Below, piece after piece: positions 25,025 to 37,433 of a DNA stretch of 64,000 nt. The stretch is from Phyllosticta citribraziliensis. Lineage: Eukaryota. The first letter of the stretch is position 1, and each line of letters begins with the position of its first letter. A program made the position numbers and the translations under genes. The DNA is taken from the NCBI RefSeq assembly GCF_038025025.1, contig NW_027117346.1:1550001-1614000 (forward strand). The letters run 5' to 3'. Under the pieces are notes generated by a model. The model was not told the origin of the DNA, made no database searches, and worked only from the letters and a program-made list of their open reading frames with translations.

Positions 25025-27379
25025 ATGGGTCCCTCGCGTCGTCTCAAGCATCAGGGCGTTCCCGCCCCCCTCCAAGACAAGTCCGCCAACCGCAAACGCA
25101 AGAGCGCGCCCGAAGCGCCGGCGCCCGCATTCGCCAATGGCAAGAAGAAGCGCAGGACCTCCGAGGCCGAGGACGCGGCCGTGAAGCCGGTCAAGCAGGC
25201 CAAGCAAGATGTTCAGAAGGCTACCCCGAAGGCTGCCCCCAAGAAGGGCGACACCAACGGCAAGGCCAAGGGAAAGCCAGAGGTGAATGGCGCCGCCAAG
25301 GCCAAGAAGGGAAAACAGGCAAAGGAGCCGGAGCCAGAGCCGGAGAGTGAGGACGAGGATATGGACGAGTGGGAGAGCGCCGAAGATTCTGGCGAGGAAG
25401 TGAAGAAGGCTGGCTTCGATGCGCTGAGTTCCGACGACGACGACGACGACGAAATGCCCGACGACGAGTTTGACGACTTGTCCGACGACGACGTGGTGGA
25501 CTCGGATGACGACGCTGGCGCAAAGCAGCTGTGGTCGGAGGACGAGGACGACGATGCCGATGCAGAGGAGCAGCTCACGGCCGCCAACATTGAGGGTCTC
25601 ACGCGGAAGCTGGACATGCAACGAGCCCAGGAGGAGGCCGAGGCGCAGGCTGAGTTGGAGGAGGCGGCGATACAGACCAACATTGCCGGCGACAGGCCCA
25701 AGGTGCTCCTGGACGACGACGAGGATGACGATGGCCCTTCAAGAATTGCTCCAGACCTCCAATTGCTTAGGACCCGCATCTCGGACACCCTCCGCGTTCT
25801 GACAGACTTTCAAAACCTGGCCGAGCCCGGCCGGTCAAGAGCAGAGTACAATTCTCAGCTGCTCAAGGATATTTGCGCGTACTACGGATACTCGCCGTTC
25901 ATGGCGGAGAAGCTGTGGGGACTTTTCCCTCCCAGCGAGGCCTTTGCCTTTTTCGAGGCCAACGAGACTCCCCGTCCCCTGGTCATCAGAACAAACACTC
26001 TCCGCACCCACCGTCGTCAACTCGCCCAGGCCCTCATCAACCGCGGTGTGACTCTCGAGCCGGTCGGCAAATGGTCCAAGGTTGGCTTGCAAATCTTCGA
26101 AGCCACCGTCCCCATTGGTGCCACTCCCGAATATCTCGCTGGTCACTACATCATCCAGGCCGCATCGTCGTTTCTTCCCGTCATGGCCCTCGCCCCTCAG
26201 GAGCACGAACGCGTCCTCGATATGGCATCTGCCCCCGGTGGTAAGACGACACACATTGCGGCGCTCATGAAGAACACTGGATGCATCTTTGCCAACGATG
26301 CCAACAAGGACCGTGCCAAGGGTCTGATTGGTAACATCCACCGCATGGGCGTCAAGAACACGATTGTCTGCAACTACGATGCATTGGAATTCCCCAAGGT
26401 CATTGGCGGCTTTGACCGCGTGCTGCTCGATGCGCCCTGCTCGGGAACCGGTGTTATTGCCAAGGATGCCTCTGTCAAGACGAACAAGACTGAGTTGGAC
26501 TTTATGCGCCTGCCCCACCTGCAAAAGCAGCTTTTGCTCCACGCCATTGACTCGGTCGACCACGCGTCCAAGACGGGCGGCTACATTGTCTACTCGACGT
26601 GTAGCGTGACGGTCGAGGAGAACGAGCGCGTCGTCCAGTACGCCCTCGACAGGCGGCCCAACGTCAAGCTCGTGTCGACGGGTCTGACGTTTGGCAAGGA
26701 AGGCTTCACCAACTTTCAAGGCCGCCAATTCCACCCCAGCTTGAAGGAGACCCGGCGTTACTACCCTCACGCGTACAACGTCGATGGCTTCTTCGTTGCC
26801 AAGTTCAAGAAGACGGGTCCTACGCCTGCCAACGCCGTCCTTGCTGAAAATGCAAGCACAAAGTCGTCCAAGGGAGCAAGCAAGAAGGCGGCGGATGAGC
26901 TGCCGGCGGTTGCTGACCACGCCCCTGTCACTGAGGAAGAGCAGGAAGAGGACGAGTTTGGTGGCTTTGATGACGAGGAGGACCAGGTCTACATTGAGCG
27001 GAGCATCAAGCACCAGCTCAGGAAAAAGGGCAAGAACCCCAAGGCGGTGCTGGGCAGGAAGAGCAGCAGCAGCAGCAGCGAGAAGCCGACGGAAGACGAG
27101 GACGCTGGCGACAAGGAGAGCGAGAAGGCTGAAAAGGGAGCTGTGAAGGAGAAGTCAAAGGTGGAGACCACGGAAGCTGCCGCCAAGGAAAGCAAGAAGC
27201 CTAAGAAGGAAGTTGTGAAGGAGCAGTCGAAAGTAGAGACCAAGGAGCCGAAGGTCAAGGAGTCGAAGGCCAAGGAGTCAAAGGCCAAGGAGGAAGCCGC
27301 ACAACAGGCCAGTCCAAAGGAGCAACCAGAAGCCAAAAAGGCCAAAAAGGAGAAGAAGAAGGGCAGGAAGTCGGTGTAG
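25025..27379 (+). CDS. nop2: 25S rRNA m5C methyltransferase Nop2
   Basis: VLDMASAPGGKT, DRVLLDAPCSGTG and VYSTCS motifs; acidic N-terminus and KE-rich tail. Confidence 0.97.
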   Translation: MGPSRRLKHQGVPAPLQDKSANRKRKSAPEAPAPAFANGKKKRRTSEAEDAAVKPVKQAKQDVQKATPKAAPKKGDTNGKAKGKPEVNGAAKAKKGKQAKEPEPEPESEDEDMDEWESAEDSGEEVKKAGFDALSSDDDDDDEMPDDEFDDLSDDDVVDSDDDAGAKQLWSEDEDDDADAEEQLTAANIEGLTRKLDMQRAQEEAEAQAELEEAAIQTNIAGDRPKVLLDDDEDDDGPSRIAPDLQLLRTRISDTLRVLTDFQNLAEPGRSRAEYNSQLLKDICAYYGYSPFMAEKLWGLFPPSEAFAFFEANETPRPLVIRTNTLRTHRRQLAQALINRGVTLEPVGKWSKVGLQIFEATVPIGATPEYLAGHYIIQAASSFLPVMALAPQEHERVLDMASAPGGKTTHIAALMKNTGCIFANDANKDRAKGLIGNIHRMGVKNTIVCNYDALEFPKVIGGFDRVLLDAPCSGTGVIAKDASVKTNKTELDFMRLPHLQKQLLLHAIDSVDHASKTGGYIVYSTCSVTVEENERVVQYALDRRPNVKLVSTGLTFGKEGFTNFQGRQFHPSLKETRRYYPHAYNVDGFFVAKFKKTGPTPANAVLAENASTKSSKGASKKAADELPAVADHAPVTEEEQEEDEFGGFDDEEDQVYIERSIKHQLRKKGKNPKAVLGRKSSSSSSEKPTEDEDAGDKESEKAEKGAVKEKSKVETTEAAAKESKKPKKEVVKEQSKVETKEPKVKESKAKESKAKEEAAQQASPKEQPEAKKAKKEKKKGRKSV

Positions 27380-27548
27380 GGTGGGAGTGTAGCATTTTCG
27401 ATTGTCATCAAAAGTACCAGACATGGGATTCTGGAGTTGTTGTTTCCCACAAGAAGGGCGGTGTCATGAGAGCCCAAAGGGGAAGGGATGGACGGGCGAG
27501 TGGAGAGCAGGCGTCGTCACAGGCTGGGTCCAAGGCCCAAGCTGCCCC

Positions 27549-27583
27549 GAGTCCTGAGTCCTGAGTCCTGAGTCCTGAGTCCT
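27549..27583. repeat. (GAGTCCT)5 heptanucleotide tandem repeat
   Basis: Five perfect copies downstream of nop2. Confidence 0.9.
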
Positions 27584-28001
27584 GTCCTGACCGGCACCGC
27601 CGCGTTGAAGCCGACGGCCGTGCAGGATTTGGACTCCTCACCACCGCCGCGCAGTCTGATGTTTTCGTTGTGGCCCCTGACCTGACGGCTGGGGAACTGG
27701 AGGCGCGGCGCTGCAGAAAAAAACAGCGACGTCATTCCGTGCGAAATTTCTAGACACCGGGCAGCGGAACCAGAACCCACTTTCCAGTCCGGTCGTCCTG
27801 GCCTGTCCTGTCCTCGTGCTGTCCTGTCTGCCTGTCCTGCCGTCTCTTCATTCCCGCCCGTCTGCCTGCATCTGTCCGATCCATAGCACACGCACACGCA
27901 CACGCACACACGCACACCTGAAGCCACACTGCCCGTTTCGAAACGCCTCGACTTTTTCCGGCCGCCCACATACCGTACCCAGCCAACCCCCCGTCGCAGA
28001 A

Positions 28002-29418
28002 ATGCGGACCTCCAAGTCGAGGTCCTCGACCTCCAGGTACGCTGCAGCATCTAGACCCTCTCCTCCCCAGCATATGCCTGCCGTCCCATCCGAGATGCCT
28101 CCGCCAATATTTTTCCTCTGGTCCATTCCACCCCTCCCCCGCGTCTCGACAACGTCGTCTCCCCGCCACAATGTGACTACGTAGCTAACTCCCGCCGCGG
28201 CACCGCACCAACAGCCGCGAAAACAATGCCTTTATCGCCAATCCGGGCTCCCGCCCGCTGCTCTCCGAAGACATGCCCTCGCTCCCCGAAGACGCCATCG
28301 ACCTGTTCCCGCGCAAGCTAGGCCCGCGCATCCTGTGGCTGCCGTCGTCGCAGGCCATTCTGAAAAAGGGCCCCATGGTGCGCATGGCCGAGGCCGAGGC
28401 CATGCGCTTCATCCGCCCGCGCACGAGGGCCCCCGTCCCCGAGGTGTACCAGGCGTTTGTCAGAGACGGCATCGGCTACATCCTCATGGAGCGCATGCAC
28501 GGCGTGCCGCTCGAGGAGCGCTGGAAAGACCTAGACCCGGCGAGGAGGGAGACGGTGGTGAATGAGCTGAGGGAGTATGTGCAAGAGTGGAGGCAACTGC
28601 GGGGTGAGTGGTTTGGGACGCTGGCCGAAGGGAGTGGCGACGCGGTGGCAGAAGAAGCAGACGCAGGAGCAGCAGCAATCGAAGAAGAAGTCGAAGGAGA
28701 AGAGATGGATCTGGAAGAGGACGATGCAGCGGATGCAGAGAGCCCAGTGATATACACGCCAGGGATAGGCCGCGGCGGGCCCTGCGAGGACCTCTGTTTC
28801 AAGCACCTCTGCCTGGCGTCACCGTCGGGCTCCGAATCCGGGGGTTCCAGAGGCGGCGGAGGGCTAGGTGACGTGGGGGATGGCTGCGAACAGCGGTACG
28901 GGCCGTACCGCACCAAATCCGAGTACAATTCCGGGGTCGTCGAGGCGCTGCGTAACTCGCGGCCGCAGGGCCACCTGTCGGGAGCCGACCAAAAGCTGGC
29001 CGCCCGCATCCTGGCCAACGGCGGCGAAGACAAGGTGTGGACGCACGGCGACTTCATCCTCGCAAACATACTCGTCGAGGTCGACGAGAAGCCCAGGCCC
29101 CGGCGCCACCCCCTGGCCAACGGCACCAGCTGCGACGAGGTCGACGACGGCGCCAAAAGGTTCAAATCCAACGACTACCATGACAATGCCGGAACCTCCC
29201 CTGACCCCGGCGGCATCCGCGTCACGGGCATCCTCGACTGGGAGGCTGCCGGCTTCAGCCCCACGGAGCGCGAGTACTGCGAAGCGCGCAGCAAGGTGCG
29301 CGAGCGCGACAAGGACTGGCGCGTAGCCCTCGACTCCATGTTTGACGCCGAGGTGCGCGCCAAGTGGCCGCTGTGGCGCGAGATCGACTGGGCCATCGTC
29401 GCCCATAGCATCCTGTGA
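28002..29418 (+). CDS. Aminoglycoside phosphotransferase (APH)/choline kinase-like protein with an acidic insert
   Basis: EAEAMRFI..T..PVPEVY, YILME, HGDFILANIL and ILDWEAAGF motifs. An upstream exon (MRTSKSRSSTS) splices in frame. Confidence 0.88.
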
Positions 29419-30874
29419 CAGATACGGCTGCGTTCCTCGCGCAAGCGGACTTTGTGGTCGTCGTTGATGGATAGAGGGTGATGGTGAAGGAAACCTCGGC
29501 AGAAGCTGGGCAGTGAAAACACTGGCTTGCTCTTCCGTTCTTCGCCCTTTCCATCATGCTCGTCGCCACCGTCGTCGTCCGTCCTGCTTCTATCCTGCCG
29601 TCCACACCTCGATCAACTTGATCAATCAAGTACTCCCTCAAACCGCGCACCCACTCGCGGATCAAACCTCACTCGAACCCACATCATGACCTCGCCACCA
29701 CCACCACTCATCACCACTTCAACTAGGAGACCGAGACAAGGAGAAGAATGAGAAGAAGAGATGTTGCCATGCTAGCCAGCCAGCCAGCCAGCCAGCCAGT
29801 GACAGACAAACAGACAGATACAAACCCATCCATCATCACCATGACCATCTTACACAGAGAAAGCAAACAAGTAGATAAGCAAGCAAGCAGAGGCGTTGGC
29901 CGGTATTGTCGGTTGTTGGGTTTTATTTATACCGGTGTTCTCAGGGAAGAAGGGCAGCGTCGGTGTGTAGGGTTTCCATCCATCTCCTTCCTTCCATCCT
30001 TTCAGCAAAAATGTATCCCATTTCAACATGGCACATGCTTTTCCCCCTGACGAGTGAGTGTCTCGTTCGTTCATTTGTTCGTATGCGTGGGTTGGTGGGG
30101 GCATCGGGGTGGGGAGCTGGAGCTGGAGGTGGAGATGCAGCTGTGGCGGGGCGGGTCGTCCCGTATTCCCTCTCGTATCGTGTGGAGTACATACGGGAGG
30201 TGGTGGTTTGTGGCGTATGGAGAGGGAATAAATTGACCAAACTAGACTAGCTCTTGGGAACTTCCATTTCTCCCCAGATACCGCTCCAGACGTGTGGAGT
30301 AGAGGTCAGTTATAATACATATCATCATAGGTTCTTTCCATGCCACGTGCCTCATGACCAACCACTCACCTGGGAGCCTGCCGCCTAGGTGTGCACCAGG
30401 CACCAGCGCACGAGGAACCTCCCTACGCGTCACCACTACCACCCACTACCACCACGTGAAGCATAGACGACGTGACTTGACGCGCGTGAGTGCATGCCGT
30501 GACTCATGGTGCGTGTGTGTTCCAGGCGCCAGCACTCCAAACCTCGACTATAAAAGCAGCGCCGCCGCCTCCTCGCTCTTCCTTCCTCCAGCAAAACACG
30601 GCAAAGGCCGACTCCGCACGGAGGAGAGCTATGGCAGAGGAGCTTTCAGCACTCTTGGAGTCTTCCAGCTCGTCGAACCACTGGGGTGCGGCCGGCTGGT
30701 TGGCTGGCGGGTTGGTTTGGTCTGGGTTTGGTGGATTGGTCTGGGTTGATGTGGAGGGACATCCGTCGACAGCATTATTCGATAATGGTGGGAAACATGG
30801 CTGTGTGAAGGTGATGTTGGGTATTAGTGATGGTGAAGGTTCAGGTCACTTCCGTCAGGATGGGGGGTTGGAAG

Positions 30875-31006
30875 ACATGGCCGCTCCTTGGGTGCAGCAG
30901 TAGTGGTGGATGAATGCTCCTTGAGTGGAGCCGTTGTCCTGGATGAATTCTCCCTGGGTGCTGCTGTAGTCTTGGATGAATGCTCCCCTGGTCTAGCTTT
31001 GAGGGT
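30875..31006. repeat. 33-bp degenerate tandem repeat, about 4 units (copy A)
   Basis: GGATGAAT(G/T)CTCC recurs at 30908, 30941 and 30974, a 33-nt period. Confidence 0.8.
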
Positions 31007-31175
31007 GGGTGGATGGAAGCTCCTCGATAATACCCCTGGTGCCATGAGTTGGTGATGCGCTTAAAGACGAGACCATCTGGAGCTGTATAAAACAATGTAT
31101 GGACAGACCCAGTCCAGGGCCACAACTTCATCTATATGAACAATGCAACAAGACGTCCAGAATCCTCACAATCCT

Positions 31176-32311
31176 CTAGTCCAACCACACCGCATTAGCA
31201 CAGCACCCACCATCCTCAATCCTGACCTCCGCAACGACCTTCGCATCAACGCCCACACCAGCATCACTGCTCGCATTCCGCTCCAGCTTCCACACCTGCA
31301 CGAAGCGCTCCTGCGTGTCGGTGAGCGCGACGTACGAGTCGGCCCACGGCGCGGCGGCGAGGGCGTTGGCGGACCCGCCCGACGTCGTCGTGGGCTGCAG
31401 CAGCAGCTGCTGCGCGATGGACCCGTCGCTGCTGAGCGCGAACGCCGAGATGTAGCCCGTGCTGTTGGTGTCGCGCGCGCGCGACGACGCGTACAGGAAG
31501 CAGCCGCTGGGCGAGACGGCTACGTCGTCGGACCAGTAGAGCGAGTCGTCGAGGCCTAGTTGAGAGCGGGGGATGTCAGCTTTGATATGGGGGGGAAGAC
31601 TGTAATAAGGGGGTCGTTCATACCGTCTGCGATCAGGGGGTATGTCACGTTGCTGAAGACGGGCTTGCCCGACGCCTGGTCGATCCTGTACTGCGCCAGC
31701 TCGTTGCTCTCCTCGAGGACTACGTACAAGAAGCCACCGAGGGGGTGCACGGCGGCGTGGCGCGGATTGGCGCCCGTGGACGGCGCATCCGTCTTCGCAA
31801 CGAGGTCGAGCAGCCCTGTACCGTTGGCGATGGAGTGCGTCCACACGGCGTTGCCGCTGTCGTCGGCGCTGTACAGGTACTTGCCCGACGGGTGCAGCGC
31901 CAGACCGTGGACGCCTGATGACCCGCTCGTGTAGCTGACGTTCTGCGCGACGGCGGACAGCGCTCCCGTGCGTCCGTCGACGGATACCACGTTCGCACAG
32001 TCGCCAAAGGGGTCGGCGTACACATTGTACGGCGGGACCGTGTTGCCGATGATGTAGATGCCGCGGTCAGATTGGCAGTCACCAGAGATGGGGACTGATG
32101 CACTGTGCTTCAGGTTTGGTGACGAGCCGTTGTTGAGCACGCTGTACGAGTGCCAGGAGCCGTCGTCGGTGGCGTAGAGGGCTTTCTTGTCGTGCGAGAG
32201 CGAGATCCATGGGTGTGGTCCAGCAGCGGTGATGTGAGGAAATGCTTGAAAGAAGCTTAAATCATGTGAGCATGTATCGAGCTTCAAAAGCTAACCCGGG
32301 CAAGGAGGCAT
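31176..32311 (-). CDS. 3-carboxy-cis,cis-muconate cyclase/lactonase-like 7-bladed beta-propeller; N-terminus appears shortened
   Basis: HPWISLSHDKKALY, VHGLALHPSGKYLYSAD, PRHAAVHP.G..LYV..E and the terminal CCANAVWLD. Intron at ~31557-31623. The start is uncertain. Confidence 0.8.
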
Positions 32312-32380
32312 CGCGTGTGTCGTTTTAGGGTATCTATGCAGGTTCATCGATTCCTCCCACGAGGACCATCGCCAGTGATC

Positions 32381-33562
32381 TTATTCCTCTTCTGATTCTT
32401 CAGAACTTTCTGCTTTCTCGGGTCCACCTGATTTCGTAGAACCCTTCGGTGTATCAGCATCCGTGAAAGCCTTCTCCGTCTCCTCTCTCTCCCTCTGCGC
32501 CCTCTTCTCCGCGTCAAACTTGCGCTTTGCCACCACAGCCTGTGCAATTTGCTCACCAGGACCGCCGGGCGTGAGCCAGTTGAGATTGTTCATGGCATCC
32601 AAGGCAGCTGCACCACCTGCATTCTTCTTGCTCTTGGCAGCCCCAACGCCCATCTTCAGGTTCTCAAATCCCCAGCCTGTGAGATATACCGCCTGCTTCA
32701 TCTCGTCCCTGCTGTCGCTAGGCACGTCCTCGTAGGTGATTTTGATGCCGACACCGCCCAACAGAGCCGCAAGCTTCGTCTTGGCCTGAGAAACGTCTTG
32801 GAAATTGTCACTGTTGCGATTCTCGCTCAGAATCGGCTTCCAGAGCTCCAACATCCAGTCGCGAATACGAGCCTCGCCGTTTTCCGGATCGTCCTTGTAG
32901 ATGGCGCCGACGTACGCTTCAAAGATGTCGGCTTCGATCTTTGGCCACTTGCTCGTTCGCTCGATGCCTGGAGTGGCATGGACTATCTTGGACGGAAAGT
33001 TGTACCGTTGTGAATATTCACGGAGCGTGCTGTTGCAGACCAGAGCTTCGCGCACGGTGGACTTTTGTCCCGCCGAGAAGTGGTCAAAATCTTTGGCGAT
33101 GATCTTGGTTGCTACGAAGTGCAGAACAGAATCGCCAAACCACTCCAGTCCTTCGTAGCAGCGCGAGTGCCAATCTGTTTGGCCGTCCACAGATGATGAG
33201 TGAATGAATGGCAGTCTTTGGAGCTCTGGGTCCCTGATCTCGGGGAGCGGAGGTAGAGGCCAACGAGGCCTGTTGGAAGAATTTTGTGACCTTTGGCCTT
33301 TGCTTCGATTCCTATCGTAGTTGCTGCCGCTAGGAGGATTTCTTGGCCTGCCAGAGTAGTCATGATTCGCCGGCTTGGGACGATGGGAAAAATCGTTCTT
33401 CCTGTAGGGACTGTTGCCATGGCCATGACCTCCGGGTGCGGAATTTCCTTGCATGGCAACGCCTCTGCCATCTGGGGCTTTGTGTTTCTTTGGGTAGCTG
33501 GAATTGGGGCCCCCTTCGGCATTAGCGCCCGTCAAAGGCCGCTTCAACTGCGACGAAGACAT
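32381..33562 (-). CDS. Ribonuclease III (Rnt1/Pac1-like) with a C-terminal dsRBD-like region
   Basis: Signature YEGLEWFGDSVL and ADIFEAYVGAIY; G.GAAKSKKNAG..AA..AM near the C-terminus. Confidence 0.9.
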   Translation of the reverse strand: MSSSQLKRPLTGANAEGGPNSSYPKKHKAPDGRGVAMQGNSAPGGHGHGNSPYRKNDFSHRPKPANHDYSGRPRNPPSGSNYDRNRSKGQRSQNSSNRPRWPLPPLPEIRDPELQRLPFIHSSSVDGQTDWHSRCYEGLEWFGDSVLHFVATKIIAKDFDHFSAGQKSTVREALVCNSTLREYSQRYNFPSKIVHATPGIERTSKWPKIEADIFEAYVGAIYKDDPENGEARIRDWMLELWKPILSENRNSDNFQDVSQAKTKLAALLGGVGIKITYEDVPSDSRDEMKQAVYLTGWGFENLKMGVGAAKSKKNAGGAAALDAMNNLNWLTPGGPGEQIAQAVVAKRKFDAEKRAQREREETEKAFTDADTPKGSTKSGGPEKAESSEESEEE

Positions 33563-33924
33563 GGAGAGATGGGTCCAGAAATCTCATGCGCTTGGAACTC
33601 TGGCAGCATGGAAGTGAGACCCAGTCGATGAAGAAAATAGTATCGGAGAGTGTGAGAGTTGAAGCCTTTAGAGCCGCCAAGGTAGCTCTTCGGACTCAGA
33701 GAAAAACTTCGAGAGGTGGTCAAGTAATCGAGAGCTGGCGAAGGAAAGCGCGTCCAATTTGAGTCCCGCGGGCAGGGACGCGATGGGCCGCTTTGCCATG
33801 TCGGGCATCGCTCCCGCAGGCGGTGAAGAACGGCAAAAAGCCCACGTCGCGCGCTCTCAGGTCCAGATACCATCGATCCACAGGACCGACGTTGAGCAGC
33901 GAGCGTTGCCGTCCACCAGCCATC

Positions 33925-34461
33925 ATGACCGTCCCACGCCATCGCATTGTCGACCTGATGAGGGTAAAGACTCCATTCCCGCTGCCATCTTACTTCCCAC
34001 CGCCTATCCTGCGAGACACGACGCTCTGCGCCCAGAACCCAACCTATATCCACTACGCCGCTACCTTGACTTACCCGCGCTGACGCCGCAATCACAGGCC
34101 CAATGCAAAGTCTTCAACAACGTCTTCAACCCCGAGGGCTTGCGCATGGGCACCAGCGTGCTGCGCCAGCGCCTGATCGGTCCCTCGGTCGCATCCTACT
34201 ACCCGCGCAAGGTCGGCACGTACCAGGACTTCAAGAAGCTGTACGCCGAGTGGGAGAGCATTGATATTGACGAGTTTGAGCGCGAGGAGCACGTCGCTGG
34301 GTATGACTCTTCTGCTCCCTGGGACTTTTGGGGGTTTTTGATATACTGGTTAGTGGAAAGTGTTGCTGACAACGGTGTGCAGACGCAAGGCGCGTGGAAA
34401 GGGCGCACCCAAGAAGAAGCGGACGGCGCCGGATTTCAAAAAGGGTGGCAAGAAGAGATAA
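33925..34461 (+). CDS. rsm27: Mitochondrial ribosomal small subunit protein mS33/Rsm27, 3 exons
   Basis: Spliced translation MTVPRHRIVDLMR|AQCKVFNNVFNPEGLRMGTSVLRQRLIGPSVASYYP...RKARGKGAPKKKR. Confidence 0.9.
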
Positions 34462-34743
34462 AGAAATCTGTCAAAAATGGAGGCGTGAGGGGTGTTATAC
34501 CAAAGACAATTGGAGGAGCATTTGCGACGGCGTTGAATTGGGTTGTCTTTTGTGGGCATGGCAAGAAGCATCGGAATTTCTGTGTGCACGTCGAAAATTT
34601 ACAAATTTTGTCCTACAGGACCCAATCTACTGACCCAAAAAGCAAGATTCGCAAAAATTCCTGGACACCTACGCCCGAGCATCCATACTCCATTTGCCCT
34701 GACCTACCAGAAATGCCAATCAAAGCGATGCTGAATCAGACGC

Positions 34744-36227
34744 CTACTGGGCTTTCTCTGTGGGCTTCTCTGCCGCCTTCTTACTCTTTTTCATCTCCGT
34801 TCCAGGAGGCACTTTGAGGGTTCCAAACACTAGACCACAGACGCCAACAACGCCTGCACCGCCGACAGCGTAAGCGAACTCACGACCGGCCCACCAGTAC
34901 AGGCTGCAGAAGATGAGCGGTCCTAGAGACCGGCCAATCTGTCCTGTGGCACGTTAGTAGCCGTTGAAGAAAAGATCAGGTGGATTGAGCATACCCCAGC
35001 TACGGTGGCTTCCCAACCGTCCACCACGTTCGTCATCAGCTGCCTCGAAACTGCTCAAGCTGTTCAGTCCCGTCACTACAGTGGCGCTTGTCACTGCCAA
35101 GCATGTAGCCGCCGCATACAAGCCCCCTTGCGTCGTTATCCTGCCAAGTAGTAAGAAACCCACTGCGCAGGCCAGCACGCCCGTCTGCACAACGCGCAGC
35201 GGGTGGAGCCTGCGTGTAACACTGCCCTGAAGGATCGACGCCACGAGGCCAATGTAGCCCAATAGGCGACCAGACTGTTTCTGGTCGTAGGAGAAGAGGT
35301 CGTACGTCATGAACGGCAGCGAGAACTCCATGCCCGAGAAGAACAAGATGAAGATGAAGTGCGTGAAGTTGAGCAGCGTGTGCGAGTTGGTACGGACGCG
35401 ACGCTGGGCCGGCTGGTCTTCCTTGTCCTTGTTCGCGCTGGCGTTGGCAGACGACCCCTGCTCGGTTGTCGCGGGAAGCGTTTCTGGCAGCGCCAACCAC
35501 AGGTACACGGTTTCGGTGACGATGAGAAACAGCGAGAACCCCGCGGCCGTTGCAAACGGGTTCGCGGCGAAGGTGGTGATGCTGGACAGCCAGGCGCCGA
35601 GCGCGGGGCCAAAGGTAAAGGCGATGCTGAAGCAGGCGCCGACGAGAGCCATGGTTGCGCCGCGCTGAGAGTGGTCGCTGATGTCTGTCGCAATGGCCGT
35701 CGCGAGCTGCACATTGCCCTCACTCAGCCCACCGACGACGCGGGACGCCAGAAATGTGCGGAAATCCGTCGCTGCGACCCACAGCGCCACGCTGAGAATG
35801 TTGCCAACCATGCTCCAGAGAAGCGCTGTGCGCCGGCCATGCTTGTCCGATAGTTTGCCAATTATAGGAGAGGCGATGGCCTGGAGAAAGGAGAAGAGCG
35901 AGCCGAGAGCCCCGCCCAGCAGCACAATGTCGTAGCGGTCATTGATGGGCTTGGAGAAGGAATTCTTGTATGCGTTGAGTCCAGCGAAAATGCGGTTCAA
36001 GACGGTATTGGAAGACGAGTGCGTAGCTTCGTGGTGACGGTAGAATTCGAGGAGCTTGGGGAACAAGGGGAGGATAAAGGTAAAGGAAATCTGCGGAGTC
36101 GTCAGTCAATCGCTTGATTCCAGAAAGAAACACTGGAGGGATGTCTTACCAGGTCTAATAATAGAGAGATGAAGAGAACGCGCAGCACCTTTCGCCGCAA
36201 TTCCGGGGTAACGGGCGGTGACGCCAT
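34744..36227 (-). CDS. MFS transporter (tetracycline-resistance/MFSD10-like), 3 exons
   Basis: LFISLLLDL|ISFTFILPLFP, motif A GKLSDKHGRR, and about 12 hydrophobic segments. Confidence 0.92.
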
Positions 36228-36610
36228 TGTTTTGGCGGTCTCGTAGGGGCGATGCGCAGCACCGAATTGAAACAACAACGAAGAGAAGAAGTAAGGGGGG
36301 AGCAGAGAGTGACAGAAGAGGACGAATGTGCAGAGTAGGAAGCAGACAACGGGAAGAAGAAGAAGAAAGACAGCGTGTCGTGAGCAGTGACGAAGCGAGC
36401 GAGAGATGACCGGGGATGTGTGATCAGCTTGGCCGACGTTTCGAGACGCGGTCATTGGCCGACCCTCCACAAAAATCCATGTCGCACTCCCGTTACCTCC
36501 GGCCCGAGGCTCTCCATCGCGGACTTCCGAGAGGGGTTGTCCTGGAAATAATATCAATCCCAGCCTCTCTCTCGTCCTTTGCTTTGCAATGAGCAGACGC
36601 TTTCTTCGAC

Positions 36611-37433
36611 ATGGCCGACAAGTCTGAGGCCAGGGCCAAGGCCATGCGCGCCATCCAACAGGGCCTGTTCGATCGGTACGCTAACAACGTGCATCCCCTT
36701 TGTTTGGGACAACGCTCACACCACGGCCCACAGCTACGAGCTGATCGCGGCCCAGCGCCCTGCAGACCATGTGGTTTGTGTAGTCCGAGCAGAGTCTCAC
36801 CACGGCGGTATCAGCGGGCGGGGATCCGCTAATTCTTGGCTTCCGCTGACAGGACTTTGACCATGTTGTCATGTCTAAATTGAGGCTGGTCGACGCCGCT
36901 TTGGACGGCTTCTCCCAGTACGAGTTTACCGTGTCCAAGGAATTTTCCAATCTCAATGATGTCATGCATGGTGGAGCTTATGGTGTTGTTTTTGGTACGT
37001 CTGGTGTTCTCCGCCCTCACAGGGGCTTGCTGACTGCTCAGATATGGCAACCACTTCTGCATTGAATCCTTTGGCGAGACCGGATTTTTACTTGTACGTG
37101 CCGGTTCCTGCTACTTTATCATTTTCTGATTCTCACGAGTCCAGCTTCATGGGCGGTGTGACCCGGATTCTTCATATTTCATACCTTCGAGGCGTTTCGA
37201 TCGGCACTAAAGTCCTGCTCTCGTCAAAGGTCGTCCAAATTGGCAAGAAAATGGCCATGATCAAGGGAGAAATGACGTCTCTCGACGGCAAAACCGTCTA
37301 CGCGACAGCTGAACATCACAAAGTCAATGCGCTGCCGAATCCGCAGCACCTGGAATTCCGAGTGCCTTGGGATGATGAAGTCGAAGCAGATATAAAAGGA
37401 GAGAACGCAAAAAAGAAAGCGGCGAAACTGTAA
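36611..37433 (+). CDS. Hotdog-fold acyl-CoA thioesterase (PaaI/ACOT13-like), multi-exon
   Basis: N..MHGGAYGVVFD motif, GVTRILHISYLR and YATAEHHKVN. Confidence 0.85.

Noticed and set aside
33759..34817. 352-aa ORF containing part of Rsm27
   Set aside because: It is an artefact of stop-free introns and UTRs. The spliced model gives a normal small mS33 protein.
28002..37433. Possible secondary-metabolite or catabolic cluster (APH kinase, lactonase, MFS, thioesterase)
   Set aside because: There is no backbone enzyme or pathway regulator, and the genes are interleaved with housekeeping RNase III and rsm27.
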